A stretch of DNA of 25,016 nucleotides from Ginkgo biloba (Eukaryota > Plantae > Ginkgophyta), in contig JANKJI020000004.1 in the NCBI GenBank assembly GCA_024626585.2, positions 102,321,702 through 102,346,717 of the forward strand. Direction: 5' to 3'. The position numbers and the translations under genes were made by a program. The stretch's first letter is position 1; every line of letters begins with the position of its first letter. The notes beneath the pieces are model-generated. The model searched no databases. It saw nothing but the letters and a program-made list of their open reading frames with translations, and was not told the DNA's origin. Below are positions 12,813 to 23,900 of the stretch, one piece after another.

Positions 12813-13721
12813 TTATGTTTGAATATAGATTATAATCACGTTAAATATCAGTTGGGTGACAACAATAGTGGGATATGTGGAGAGTTTGGATATATCCAAT
12901 GATGGTGAAAGTTATCTAGTGATAGATTACCAAAATTAATCTACAAACATATGGATCATGTCTATATGGTTCTCATAGAGGTTTCAAGGATACCCAAATT
13001 TGGGAGCCTCAAGGCAAAGGCAATTTGGTTCATCAGACTACAATAGCAATTGGAGTGTAAAATATTTAAGACTTTATCAGAGAGATATAGATTATTATTG
13101 GTTGTGTGAGGTTGATATGAAGAATGGCATACTAATGTGTATCATTAAGGATTTATCTGGTTACCTAAGAAAAATAAATAATTCAATAGATATAGACATT
13201 ACATATTCTCATGCCAAAGATTCCAATGCTCCAAGGTAGGACACAAATATTTTAGAGGAGATTAGAATATTGGGTTGTTTAAATATGGAGGAAATTCAAA
13301 CTGGGATAAAAACAATAATGTGGAATTTGATAATGTGATGTGGAAGTTTATAAATCTTAAAGAATTTATGAGAGAAAAAACTCAATACGTTCCAGATGGG
13401 CTATTATCTAATGAAAAAATAGATGGCCTATTGGGAGGGTGATAGTAGTATATTAAAATAATGACATGGTCATAGTGAAGATGAAATATATTAGAGGAAT
13501 ATTGATTAGAGGAATGGTTTCACAAGTCATATAACACCATAGGGTATTGGATAAGATTGTCGTACAGAGTATTTTGTATGTTAGAGAAGACCATAATTTA
13601 TTTTTTGGAGAATATTTGAATTGTTGTCAAAGGTTTTTTCTTTTTGTCGGTTGAAAGACTTCTTCTTGTCAGAGAAAGGTTTTTATTTTTATCATGTTAG
13701 CATATGTTAGAGGAGGGAATT

Positions 13722-14060
13722 TTTCCCATATCGGCATCGGTGGAGAGAAAATCCATTGACTTTTTTCTAAATGACATCAATGCATTTTGTAGTATTTATT
13801 TGAGGAAGCTTTGGACTCACATATGATGTTGGATGAATTACTTATTCGAGGCATGTTTGGACTATGTCATAAGTATATCATTGGATGGGTAGCTTGTCAA
13901 ATAGGCACCTATGTAGCTCATCAGATACATAGCTCCTCAGAAGAATAGACATTTTTTAGAGAAGTGGCAAGTATCAAAGGATCATTTCTCAATATAAGAT
14001 GAAGCAAAAGGGCCAATGTCAGTTTGTCATCAGTTATTGAAGGAAATTTTATGGGTGAAA
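13722..14060 (+). pseudogene. gag: Decayed Gypsy-type gag inside the small LTR element
   Basis: SIDFFLNDINAFCSIY...VISISLDG*LVK*APM*LIRYI...RHFLEKW, then after a frameshift KMKQKGQCQFVISY*RKF. This follows HL..F...C / F..SL.G.A..W / FL++W / +KQ...E.+..Y..RF. Confidence 0.5.
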
Positions 14061-15337
14061 TTTGTATGTCATCCTATCACTTGAACCTAAAAATTCAAGA
14101 ATATAGGANNNNNNNNNNNNNNNNNNNNNNNNNNNNNNNNNNNNNNNNNNNNNNNNNNNNNNNNNNNNNNNNNNNNNNNNNNNNNNNNNNNNNNNNNNNN
14201 NNNNNNNNNNNNNNNNNNNNNNNNNNNNNNNNNNNNNNNNNNNNNNNNNNNNNNNNNNNNNNNNNNNNNNNNNNNNNNNNNNNNNNNNNNNNNNNNNNNN
14301 NNNNNNNNNNNNNNNNNNNNNNNNNNNNNNNNNNNNNNNNNNNNNNNNNNNNNNNNNNNNNNNNNNNNNNNNNNNNNNNNNNNNNNNNNNNNNNNNNNNN
14401 NNNNNNNNNNNNNNNNNNNNNNNNNNNNNNNNNNNNNNNNNNNNNNNNNNNNNNNNNNNNNNNNNNNNNNNNNNNNNNNNNNNNNNNNNNNNNNNNNNNN
14501 NNNNNNNNNNNNNNNNNNNNNNNNNNNNNNNNNNNNNNNNNNNNNNNNNNNNNNNNNNNNNNNNNNNNNNNNNNNNNNNNNNNNNNNNNNNNNNNNNNNN
14601 NNNNNNNNNNNNNNNNNNNNNNNNNNNNNNNNNNNNNNNNNNNNNNNNNNNNNNNNNNNNNNNNNNNNNNNNNNNNNNNNNNNNNNNNNNNNNNNNNNNN
14701 NNNNNNNNNNNNNNNNNNNNNNNNNNNNNNNNNNNNNNNNNNNNNNNNNNNNNNNNNNNNNNNNNNNNNNNNNNNNNNNNNNNNNNNNNNNNNNNNNNNN
14801 NNNNNNNNNNNNNNNNNNNNNNNNNNNNNNNNNNNNNNNNNNNNNNNNNNNNNNNNNNNNNNNNNNNNNNNNNNNNNNNNNNNNNNNNNNNNNNNNNNNN
14901 NNNNNNNNNNNNNNNNNNNNNNNNNNNNTGGAGTTTAAAGGATCTTATGTAGAGGGAAATAAAAAATACAACAATTAGAGTAGTAGGAAAATTGAGTGCC
15001 TCCTCTTATAGAATTGGGACTGTAGTAGGGAGTAGAGAGAAAAAAGGATGCCTCCTCCTTAATGGAAATGTTGCATTAATAAAATGGTCAATGTGAAGGA
15101 ATTCATTGAAAATGGTGGTTATTTTTACAACAAAACCTATATCTATTATGATGACCTATAGGATTGGTGACTACTATGGATGGTTACCTAGGAAGAATGA
15201 TAGATGGAAAGAACACCATAGGGATGCTCCTGAATTCAATAAAGGTAGATAATAAGGTTGGTTACCTAGGTATTCTAGCAGAAGATGAAGGTAGGGATCT
15301 AGACTACTTGCTTGTCTTGATATAAGACAAAGGTTTA

Positions 15338-15349
15338 GGTGTGGGGGAG
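15338..15349 (+). promoter_or_regulatory. Polypurine tract
   Basis: ggtgtgggggag immediately precedes the tgttgg start of the 3' LTR. Confidence 0.8.
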
Positions 15350-15651
15350 TGTTGGACAATGGAATGTATTTATAATGTAATATGATATAATTAGTATGTA
15401 ATGAGGAATTAGGTGGGAGGTTGAAATTTGGGCTTCCTAAGAAACTCCACCACATATAGATACTAATGTATGTTACTGATCTGGGATATCAAAGAATAGA
15501 GAGTGAAGGGTTATTAATTTAATGCATAGGGTAGTCCCAAGTTTTAGAATGCCCCTCATCTTAATGAATCTTATTTTCTCTGATCTCTATGTGTGTGTCT
15601 CTAATTAAACATTGGTTGATTTATCTCCCCTTGGAAAATTCCCTACCAATA
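15350..15651 (+). repeat. 3' LTR (302 bp)
   Basis: Starts tgttgg and ends ccaata (CA>TA). Direct repeat of 12541-12798. Confidence 0.92.
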
Positions 15652-16066
15652 GTCATTATGGTTGATCATAAACTCACAAATTTTAATATGTCAAGTGAGA
15701 TAATTTTCCCACACATAAGGTGGATTTATTGGCATGCTGTAGAGTTAATTCCAAAGGTGTTGAAATGGTATCCTTTAAATTAATTAGAACTAGCCTATTT
15801 ATTAGTGATCTTTAAAATCATTTTATTTTACAATGATAATTATTTCTACAAGATAATTTATGTGTCTAAAGGAAAATATAAGAGGTGAAAGAATATTTTG
15901 AATTTGTTTTATATTAAGTGTTATTTTTTATCTCATTTTATAAATCATATATAGAAGAAGTTAGGAGGATCAAAATTTGATATACCTAAGACACATGTTG
16001 AACTAAATTTAGGATAATACATGAAGGTTTACCCATATAACAAAGGAAAAGAGAGAAATTGATATG

Positions 16067-16662
16067 TTATGGAGGTCTAGTTTGGTATAAGCAATAACTA
16101 TCCCAAATGTGATGCCTTATTGAAAGTTCATAGAGTGGATAGAAAAAATATTTTACCCAATAATAAGAATGGTAGTCACTTCTAGAAAATAGGTGATGGG
16201 TCCTCTCACTCCTAAAGTATTTTATAGAATGCTAGAGTTTCTTGCCCCAAAAGAGTACTCTTTATTTTAAGAAGGTAGAGGGATTTTATCATAAACATGC
16301 TCAAATATAAAAATTGATTAATTCTTAGAGAGATGAGATAATCATGAATCCTATAAAGAAACCTTGATATGATATAGGCAAGTTGAAAAGGGAATATAAA
16401 TATACAGTTACATTGTTGAGTAAAGTGTTTGGTGAAAAGGACACCACAAAGGTGGATCACTACATGCTATATATGATTTATCAAGTTACTGATAAAGGGT
16501 GTATTATTTATTGGGAAAACCTCATAAATGGAACCATTATTCACCAATTAGTAGAAATGACCAATACATGACAATATTTCATGCCTTCTTATGTAATTTA
16601 TGCTATATTATTCTTTTAGGGTTTTTGGTGCTTTCCTTACAATAATATAAATAAAGAAGAGG
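16067..16662 (+). pseudogene. Decayed uncharacterised accessory ORF of LTR-retroelement type, copy A
   Basis: LWRSSLV*AITIPNVMPY*KFIEW...RMVVTS...GPLTPKVFYRML, then KREYKYTVTLLSKVFG...IIYWENLINGTIIHQLVEMTNT*QYFMPSYVIYA. Resembles hypothetical proteins I recall from conifer retroelements (W..+IS..+..QL.....FYM.SY+); not gag or pol. Confidence 0.6.
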
Positions 16663-17115
16663 TAGTGTGACTCCCCCAACTAGTCCAGATACTTTTGACT
16701 CATCATAGAAGAGTGATATTCTAAATGATTATAGGAATATAGGAATAAGTGAATTCCAAGACAAAATTTATCCTTCATAAGAAATTGGTGAATAGGATCA
16801 ATGATTCTCCTTAAGAATAGTTGGAGATGACGATGAACCAAGCCTTAGCATGTAAGATAAACCTAAGAAGGTGACCCTAACTCCCAACTAAAGTAACACA
16901 ATGGGAGCTAGAGGATATTATGATGGAGATGATCCCAGTAAGGGAAGGAAGCAAAAGAAGAGCCATGAATAAGATATACTCATCACAGGGAACAAAAGGT
17001 CATCTAGAAGTTGAGGCTCGGAAGACTCATTGTCTAGGAGAAAATATGAGGCTAATCATAATTTATCTAGTGTTTCTTCTGCCTAGAGAAAATAAAACCT
17101 TGTCACCCCAACATA
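16500..17115 (+). repeat. Diverged duplication, copy A (matches 17228-17390 and 17976-18425)
   Basis: Shared strings such as ccttctta(t/c)gtaatttatgct, gtgatattctaaatgat, tgatggagatga and tctaggagaaaa(t/c)atgaggctaatcat. Confidence 0.93.
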
Positions 17116-17227
17116 AAGTGAAAAAATNNNNNNNNNNNNNNNNNNNNNNNNNNNNNNNNNNNNNNNNNNNNNNNNNNNNNNNNNNNNNNNNNNNNNNNNN
17201 NNNNNNNNNNNNNNNNNNNNNNNNNNN

Positions 17228-18425
17228 ATGTGATTTTATTAGTAAAATTGCAACAGTGGCATCATTAATACCCAACTATTTTAAATGACCAGGATGCATC
17301 ATTTTTTCATACCTTCTTACGTAATTTATGCTCTATTATTCTTTCATAGTTTCTCAGGTTTTCCTTTCAATTCTGTAAATAAAGAAAAGAAATGATTATT
17401 GATCTTATTTTAATTCCCTAAAATTTGGAAGGAGAAGTTTAAGAAATACTTCTTCTTAATGAATGATAAATTTGGTGTATTCCCTCCTAAAAAATAAAGA
17501 GTNNNNNNNNNNNNNNNNNNNNNNNNNNNNNNNNNNNNNNNNNNNNNNNNNNNNNNNNNNNNNNNNNNNNNNNNNNNNNNNNNNNNNNNNNNNNNNNNNN
17601 NNNNNNNNNNNNNNNNNNNNNNNNNNNNNNNNNNNNNNNNNNNNNATGTATATAGATGATTGAACCATGTTATGTGAGGTATGCCGACAAATCTAAGTGA
17701 TATACTCCAAAATTTATCAGAAGTGAAAGAAAGTTTCTTTCCATGCATTCGCTTTTAAATTTGGATATTTTTTGGTCTCTGACATTGGATAGGCCAGAGC
17801 CCATATAAAATACATACAATATTTTATAATGGAAGAGGTTAGGAAATAGGCATATGATCTAAAGGGAAATTTTTCCCAACATAATAAAATAAACTGTTAT
17901 CAAATTATACAACTTTAAGATGATGTCAGGAACCTAATAGATTAAGATTAGGTTAGTCATAGAATAAGAGATCATGTTACTCCCCTAAATAGTCCTGATA
18001 CTTCTAAGTCATCATATAATGGTGATATTCTAAATGATCATAAAAATATGTGGATAAGTGAATTCTAGGAAAAATATTTTATATCATAAGGGACTAGTGA
18101 ACAAGAGTAGATATCCTCCCCAAGAAAGGATAGCACTAAATGTGAGCCAAGTACTAGTAGAAAAGATAGGGAGAAAAAGGTGACCTCAACTCCCAATCAA
18201 AGTAACATAGTGGGAGTAAGATATGATGGTGATGGAGATGAACCTAATAAGGGTAGGAAGAAAAATAAGAGAATGAATAAGATCTGCCCATCACTAAGAA
18301 TAAGAGGTCATTGAGAAGATGACGCTTAGGAGACTTATTATCTAGGAGAAAACATGAGGCTAATCATTGTTCACCTATAACTTTATCTATTTAGGGGAAG
18401 AAAATATTTGTCACCCTACCACATA
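17228..18425 (+). pseudogene. Diverged duplication, copy B: C-terminal part of the same accessory ORF plus 3' flank
   Basis: GIINTQLF*MTRMHHFFIPSYVIYALLF...FPKIWKEKFKKYFFLMNDKF [gap] YIDD*TMLCEVCRQI...FKFGYFLV...AYDLKGNFSQH. Retains about 585 nt absent from copy A. Confidence 0.75.
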
Positions 18426-18719
18426 GCATAGATATGGTAGTTAATGGGACTACTCAAGAAGAATTGATCCTTAATCCTTGGCTGCTATAATTAAAGAGCT
18501 ATCATGCGATTCCTAGTGTNNNNNNNNNNNNNNNNNNNNNNNNNNNNNNNNNNNNNNNNNNNNNNNNNNNNNNNNNNNNNNNNNNNNNNNNNNNNNNNNN
18601 NNNNNNNNNNNNNNNNNNNATAAAATGAAGAAGAGTTTGAAAATGGTTGCATAAAAAATCAAAAGGAGCATTTGATGAATGAATGTGATGAGCATGAAGA
18701 GGGGGTTATCCAATTATGC

Positions 18720-19745
18720 ATGAATAGAATGCCTAGAGGATTGGTGATTTTGAAATATTTTTTCAAACTAGATGACATACCACATTTAGGCCTAAGATAA
18801 AAAAGGTTATCAAAGTGAGTCATGCATGAAACTATTTAATTTGATATTGGCTCTACTAGAAAATCAATAATTATCCACAATGGTTATTATTGTACTCAAG
18901 AAGAAAAATATCAGTTGATCACCTCATGTCAAGCATTCAAAGATTTTTTTTCTTGGATGATGAAATAAAACTTTTAAGTCTTGAATTTATACAACATAGG
19001 ACTACCCTCAATCCTACGTTGAATCCATTAAGGAAACAATTGAGGCCAACTAGTCGTAAGTTGGAGAGTACTATCTCGAAGGAGATTGAAAACTTATTGA
19101 ATGTGAGCATAATTTTTTTAATACAATATTTCACTTGTGTTGCTAACTTGGTTCCAATTTAGAAAAAGAATGGAGAAATATTTCTATGTGTGTATTTTTA
19201 GAATTTGAATCAGGAATCATTAAAAGATAACTATCCATTGCTAAGAATGGATCAATTATTGAATATGGTCACTAGAGTAGAGATGTTGTCTACATTAGAT
19301 GGATTATCTTAATATAATCAAGTACTAATTAAAGGATCTTATCATCATGAAATTTCCTTTACCACTCAATGGGGGATGTTTGCATATAAAAGAATGTAAT
19401 TTGGATTAAGAGCCAGTTTCAAGATAGCTATGGATGTTGCATTTAGTGAGATATTTGGAAAAAGTATTGTAATTTATTTAGATGATCTGACCCTTTTCTC
19501 CAAGGAAAAGAAAAATCACATTGTACATCTTAGAATAATCTTCAAGAGATGCAAAAGCTTCATAATTTCTCTCAATCCTAAAAATTCTACTATGGGATTA
19601 ACTAAGAGGAAATTATTGGAACATATTATTATAAAATAAGGTGAAAGCATATATCTAGAGAGGGTAAAATCAATCTAGTGTATATCCATATTGTCAAATA
19701 AAGAAATGGTCCAATATTTATTAGGAATGATTAATTTTTTTATGA
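18720..19745 (+). pseudogene. pol: Ty3/Gypsy reverse transcriptase pseudogene (non-chromovirus, Tat/Ogre-like)
   Basis: NRMPRGLVIL...IQHR...KEIENLL..IIF....VANLVPI*KKNGEIFLCVYF*NLNQESLKDNYPLLRMDQ...LDGLS*YNQV...FTTQWGMFAYKRM*FGL..F..AMD..F..IFGKSIVIYLDDL (YLDD 19475-19486)...ISLNPK...KLLEHI...LGMINFF. In-frame stops. Confidence 0.96.
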
Positions 19746-19866
19746 TATCATCTATAAGGTATTGATGTGTGGTGAGTGTTAGAATTTTTTCAAAATCTAA
19801 TGTATTAGCAATAAAGATTGGATTGAAGTGGTAAGAAGTGTGATAAGATAGAAAAGAATTAATAAA

Positions 19867-20065
19867 GAAACTAGAGAGCAATGTACTATAAGGTGTTTAT
19901 TGTATGGGAGAACACTAAGAGAATAAACTTTCATTATGGGGGAAACTAGTATAAGGTGGTTGTTGTATGGGAGAACACTAAGAGAATAAAATTTCATTAT
20001 GGGGGAAACTAGAGAGTAACACATTATAAGGTGGTTATTGTATGGGAGAATATTAAGAGAATAAA
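19867..20065. repeat. Tandem repeat: units of 75 bp (19867-19941), 63 bp (19942-20004) and a 61-bp partial (20005-20065)
   Basis: gaaactag...tataaggtg.tt.ttgtatgggagaa.a.taagagaataaa recurs three times. Unit 2 lacks 12 bp. Confidence 0.95.
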
Positions 20066-21219
20066 TCTTGATGGCAGTGTTTGGATCTAACCATATATGA
20101 TTATCCACAAGATCTGAACATAATATAATGCAAGTCTTTAAAATTATTAGTATTTGACGGATATACGAATAGAGAAATACATTTNNNNNNNNNNNNNNNN
20201 NNNNNNNNNNNNNNNNNNNNNNNNNNNNNNNNNNNNNNNNNNNNNNNNNNNNNNNNNNNNNNNNNNNNNNNNNNNNNNNNNNNNAATATCCATTTCTAAA
20301 TATAATCTTTTACACATTATAATATATATACTTCCTTTATAACTTAAAAACATGCAATTATATACAAAGATAACTCTCTCCATTAAGAATTATTTTTAGG
20401 TTTTGATCTACCTTATTCACTTGATATTGTGTGAATTGTCATTTATTGTATGATTCCTCCTCATCACACTTAAGGATACTAGCATTCATTTTTCCATAGC
20501 TATTTTACACATGGGATATTATTGGAGTGAGAATAAATTTTTACCACCCATCCATTAATATTTATCTACTTGGTAAGTACTTTAATTTATATTCCTTATT
20601 CTATACATCAATGTAGTATTTCTTATATTAAGGTTTTGTTTCATCTTTCTCTCTCTATATATTAATTTATAATATTGGATTTTTTCATTTTATATGAATG
20701 TATTTTATGTTTTAGTCCTATATAATATTTATAATATATCTTGTATTTATTTCTTTTTTTCATAGATTTGTAGTATTATCTTATCAAAGGATGACCTTTC
20801 GAGTATAGTTAACATCAAATCAAATAATTAGAAATATTTTATCAAGGTGAATTCACTCTTCTATTTTATAATCATATTAAATAATTCTTTGTTATTGATA
20901 CATTGTCTATTTTAGTGTGTTAACATTCATTTTTATATTACTAAGGTGTGATAAAATATATAAGATAAGTGATGACCCTTTTAGGGATTAAACACAAAAT
21001 CTTTAGTTTTGTATACTAAATTTAGATGGAATGAAGTGGTTATTATGGACCTAAATTTTATATATTTCCATATTGATACCTATAAAAACACTAAACAAAT
21101 ATGGTTAAAATAAAATACTAATAAAACCTAAAATTTTGAGACCATCAAGAGTGAGGTACAAACTTGTATAAGTTCTTGATTCTATTATAATAAGTTAATC
21201 AAAAAAGAATACGTTGAGG

Positions 21220-22623
21220 TGTAATATTTTACCCCCCAAACCATTTCCTTTTTCATTAATGAGATAAATATACATGCATTTTGGAGTAACCTATATTCTT
21301 TTTCATGTAACTTCCTTACTTCCTTTATGATATATATTTTCACTTACTTTAATATTATATTATTCTAACCTACATTACTAACCTTCCCTTGAAATGTGAC
21401 CACACTAACCTTAACTTACCATTAACATTAATTGACTAACTTAATGTGGATTAAAAATTAACTATAATTAACTTCATGTGACNNNNNNNNNNNNNNNNNN
21501 NNNNNNNNNNNNNNNNNNNNNNNNNNNNNNNNTAACATTACTCAAAACATCCCCCCTTAACTCCATCATCTTCAATATGGGTCCCACCTGCCTCTGTGGG
21601 TCTTACGGTTGATTAGGTACCCATTTACATTATCAAATCAGTTTGCACCAATACATCAACATGTGGGTCTTCAACCTCACTTTGTGGCTACCATGGCCAC
21701 TTCGCGTGTCCTCTTTTCTTCAGACATGTGACATCCTTGTCACTTTGCGAAACAGGTGCAGGCTAGCTTTTGCACACTACATTGCCCTTCGTGGGCTACA
21801 ATGTGCTCCTAGGACAACATGGCTCAAACCTTGAGCCACCTGCAAACTGAAAAAACTCAACAACACTTTCAACCAAATACTCAGCCCTTACAACAAGCGG
21901 GATCTGAGCTTAATTCAAAATATTTCGGGGGAACCTTACATTACAAATTCTTTGTCACATACACACTTAGTCACTATACATAATCTGTGGTCACAAATAC
22001 AATGATTCAGATCTTCACTTTTACATCAAGGGAAAAAACATCTGTCTTCATTTGTCTGTGCTTGCCTCTTGTCTTCAATGAGTTGCTTGCTTCTTGCCTT
22101 AGTGAATTGCTTGCTTCACTTGGTGTGTTTCTCATTCTATCATCATCATCAAACTTGTACCTGTCCCTGTACTTAGCAGACCATCATCAAAACTTGATTT
22201 GATAGCGCATATGGGCACATTGCCATCTACTGAGACTCCTAGGTAACCAGCCACGATGCTCGCTAGTTATATAGGTCAATTGCCTAGATACATGCTAGTT
22301 TACCAAATCAACAAATAGTGGGACTTCATCCCCATAAATCCATGCCACTCACACACTATGGCACCATACACATCTCACTAATTTTCTATGGCAACATGTG
22401 CCACTACACAATAAAACTCGTTACCTCTGCAACATCACAACCCGAATATGGGCAACTTAGATCTGGTCTGCACACTTCACTTAGGATTCTTTCTCCCTCT
22501 TTACCCTTCAAGGGTTACATTCCTTTACAACAAATTCTATCTTCTCCTTCTATGAGGAGGTTATAATAAATTAGGGACAACTTTAAACATTTTATGCTCA
22601 TTAATACTTTAGGGATTTTTACA
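21220..22623 (-). mobile_element. Candidate solo LTR / nested LTR block, GC-richer than its flanks
   Basis: Starts tgtaatatttt, ends gggatttttaca. Flanks ttgagg / atgagg. Minus-strand TATA cctatataac at 22266-22275. A second LTR-like end gggggaaccttaca at 21940. No coding signal; spans a 50-N gap. Confidence 0.4.
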
Positions 22624-23479
22624 ATGAGGCTTTCATCCCTTACTTTTACAAGCAATTTACACATAATATGGTCACATTACAAGATATCAAAGAAAACAAA
22701 GTTCTAATCTTCAAGGGAGTCCTCAAAATTTCCTCTCTCTATAATCTATGTGTTATTGGTTCTAACTCTGCTCCTCCATGTGTCGCTGCTCTATTGTGTT
22801 ATCTCCTACTTTCTCTACTTTGTCTACATGCACTCTCTCTCCTCAAACATCTATTCTCCTACTCTCTTATCATTTTCATCCTCTGCTCAAATATATATGG
22901 CCTCATCTTTGATTATGACATTTTGTGTTCTTTATAAATACATATTTTTTCCACTATGGCCTCACATTCAACATAGTTAAAAATTTGAATGGACATCCAT
23001 ATTCATGTATGTACATCCATCTTCTTATTTTCTTATCCTGAAAAAGTAAGGCTAACTTTTCTATGAAGTTGTAATCATAAATTAAATAAGGTTCCTATTA
23101 TATCATTGAATCTTATATATCCCATTAACTTCACTTAAGAGATCACTCTTACATATTTAGGTTTGGAGTCTTCCACTATCCAATATTTTCTTTCTCTAAT
23201 AGTTCAAACTACACTTTCTATACTTGCAACAGAATATCCTCAAGAATTTGATTATGTCAACTATTTAGATTATCTTCAAATGAATTTTAAAAGATACATG
23301 CACAACTTGCATGCATAAATCTACTATAAAAAATATCACATAGATGCCTCTAATATGCCACATAATATTCCATTTTAGAAACCTATTCAAGGTTTATTAA
23401 TCAAACTTCTAAGATCATTATCTTTATTTAACATCTTAGTTATCCTATGAACACTAGGAACTCTATCAAAAAGAAAAGA

Positions 23480-23900
23480 GTAGTGGTAACACCATTCAAA
23501 GAAGGAGATATTCTAGAGTGTTGGGATTACATTTCAAGTCATTATTAAATATAGGAAAATTATTTCTATCATAAAATATCATCGCAATACAAAAATAAAC
23601 ATTCAACCATACCTTTTGTATTGGAATAAATTCCTTATCTGCTTGATATTATTCTTCTCGATACAATGAAACTACTTCTACTTGATGATTTTAGTAGTAT
23701 AATATACCATGCATATGAATATCTAATGATGATACTAACTAGGGGGATTCCTCCAAAACTATAAGGAATTTATACTAGGAGATAATATACAATTGAATAA
23801 GGTACTAGCATGTACCTAAATATTTTTTAAAATAACACTAAAACATACTTCCCTAATAACTCCTTACCAAAAGTCCCCAACAATTAACAAAATATGTTAG
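23480..23900 (+). pseudogene. Possible further decayed copy of the accessory-ORF family
   Basis: GDILECWDYISSHY...IPYLLDII...ILTRGIPPKL*...G..MYL...NSLPKVPNN follows the motif order W..IS / YL+D.I / PP++ / LPK that I recall for this family. Confidence 0.33.

Larger units (their letters stand above)
12541..15651 (+). mobile_element. Complete small (3111 bp as assembled) LTR retrotransposon, apparently non-autonomous (gag remnant, no pol seen)
   Basis: Direct repeats 12541-12798 and 15350-15651. TSD gtaat (12536-12540) / gtcat (15652-15656). PBS after the 5' LTR and PPT before the 3' LTR. Contains an 820-N gap (14109-14928). Confidence 0.9.

Noticed and set aside
14024-14938. 304-aa ORF and the other X-rich ORFs in the track
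   Set aside because: They stay open only because N runs contain no stop codons.
15178-15272. Duplicated tggttacctagg about 80 bp apart
   Set aside because: Similarity barely extends beyond the core; at most a decayed 3' UTR repeat.
19867-20065. CRISPR-like repeat array
   Set aside because: Units are head-to-tail with no unique spacers, there are no cas genes, and the context is eukaryotic retroelement DNA.
19797-20108. 103-aa minus-strand ORF with repeated YSLSVLPYN
   Set aside because: By-product of a tandem repeat whose unit lengths are multiples of three; no family resemblance.
20285-21160. Minus-strand Mutator-like hints (LTLDG...FIGIN; YNCMFLSYKG as SWIM)
   Set aside because: Motif spacing is off and key Cys/His residues are missing; indistinguishable from chance in AT-rich DNA without an HMM search.
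21643-22980. Cluster of short plus-strand ORFs
   Set aside because: Low-complexity Leu/Ser-rich frames expected in GC-richer, pyrimidine-skewed LTR-like DNA; no domain similarity.
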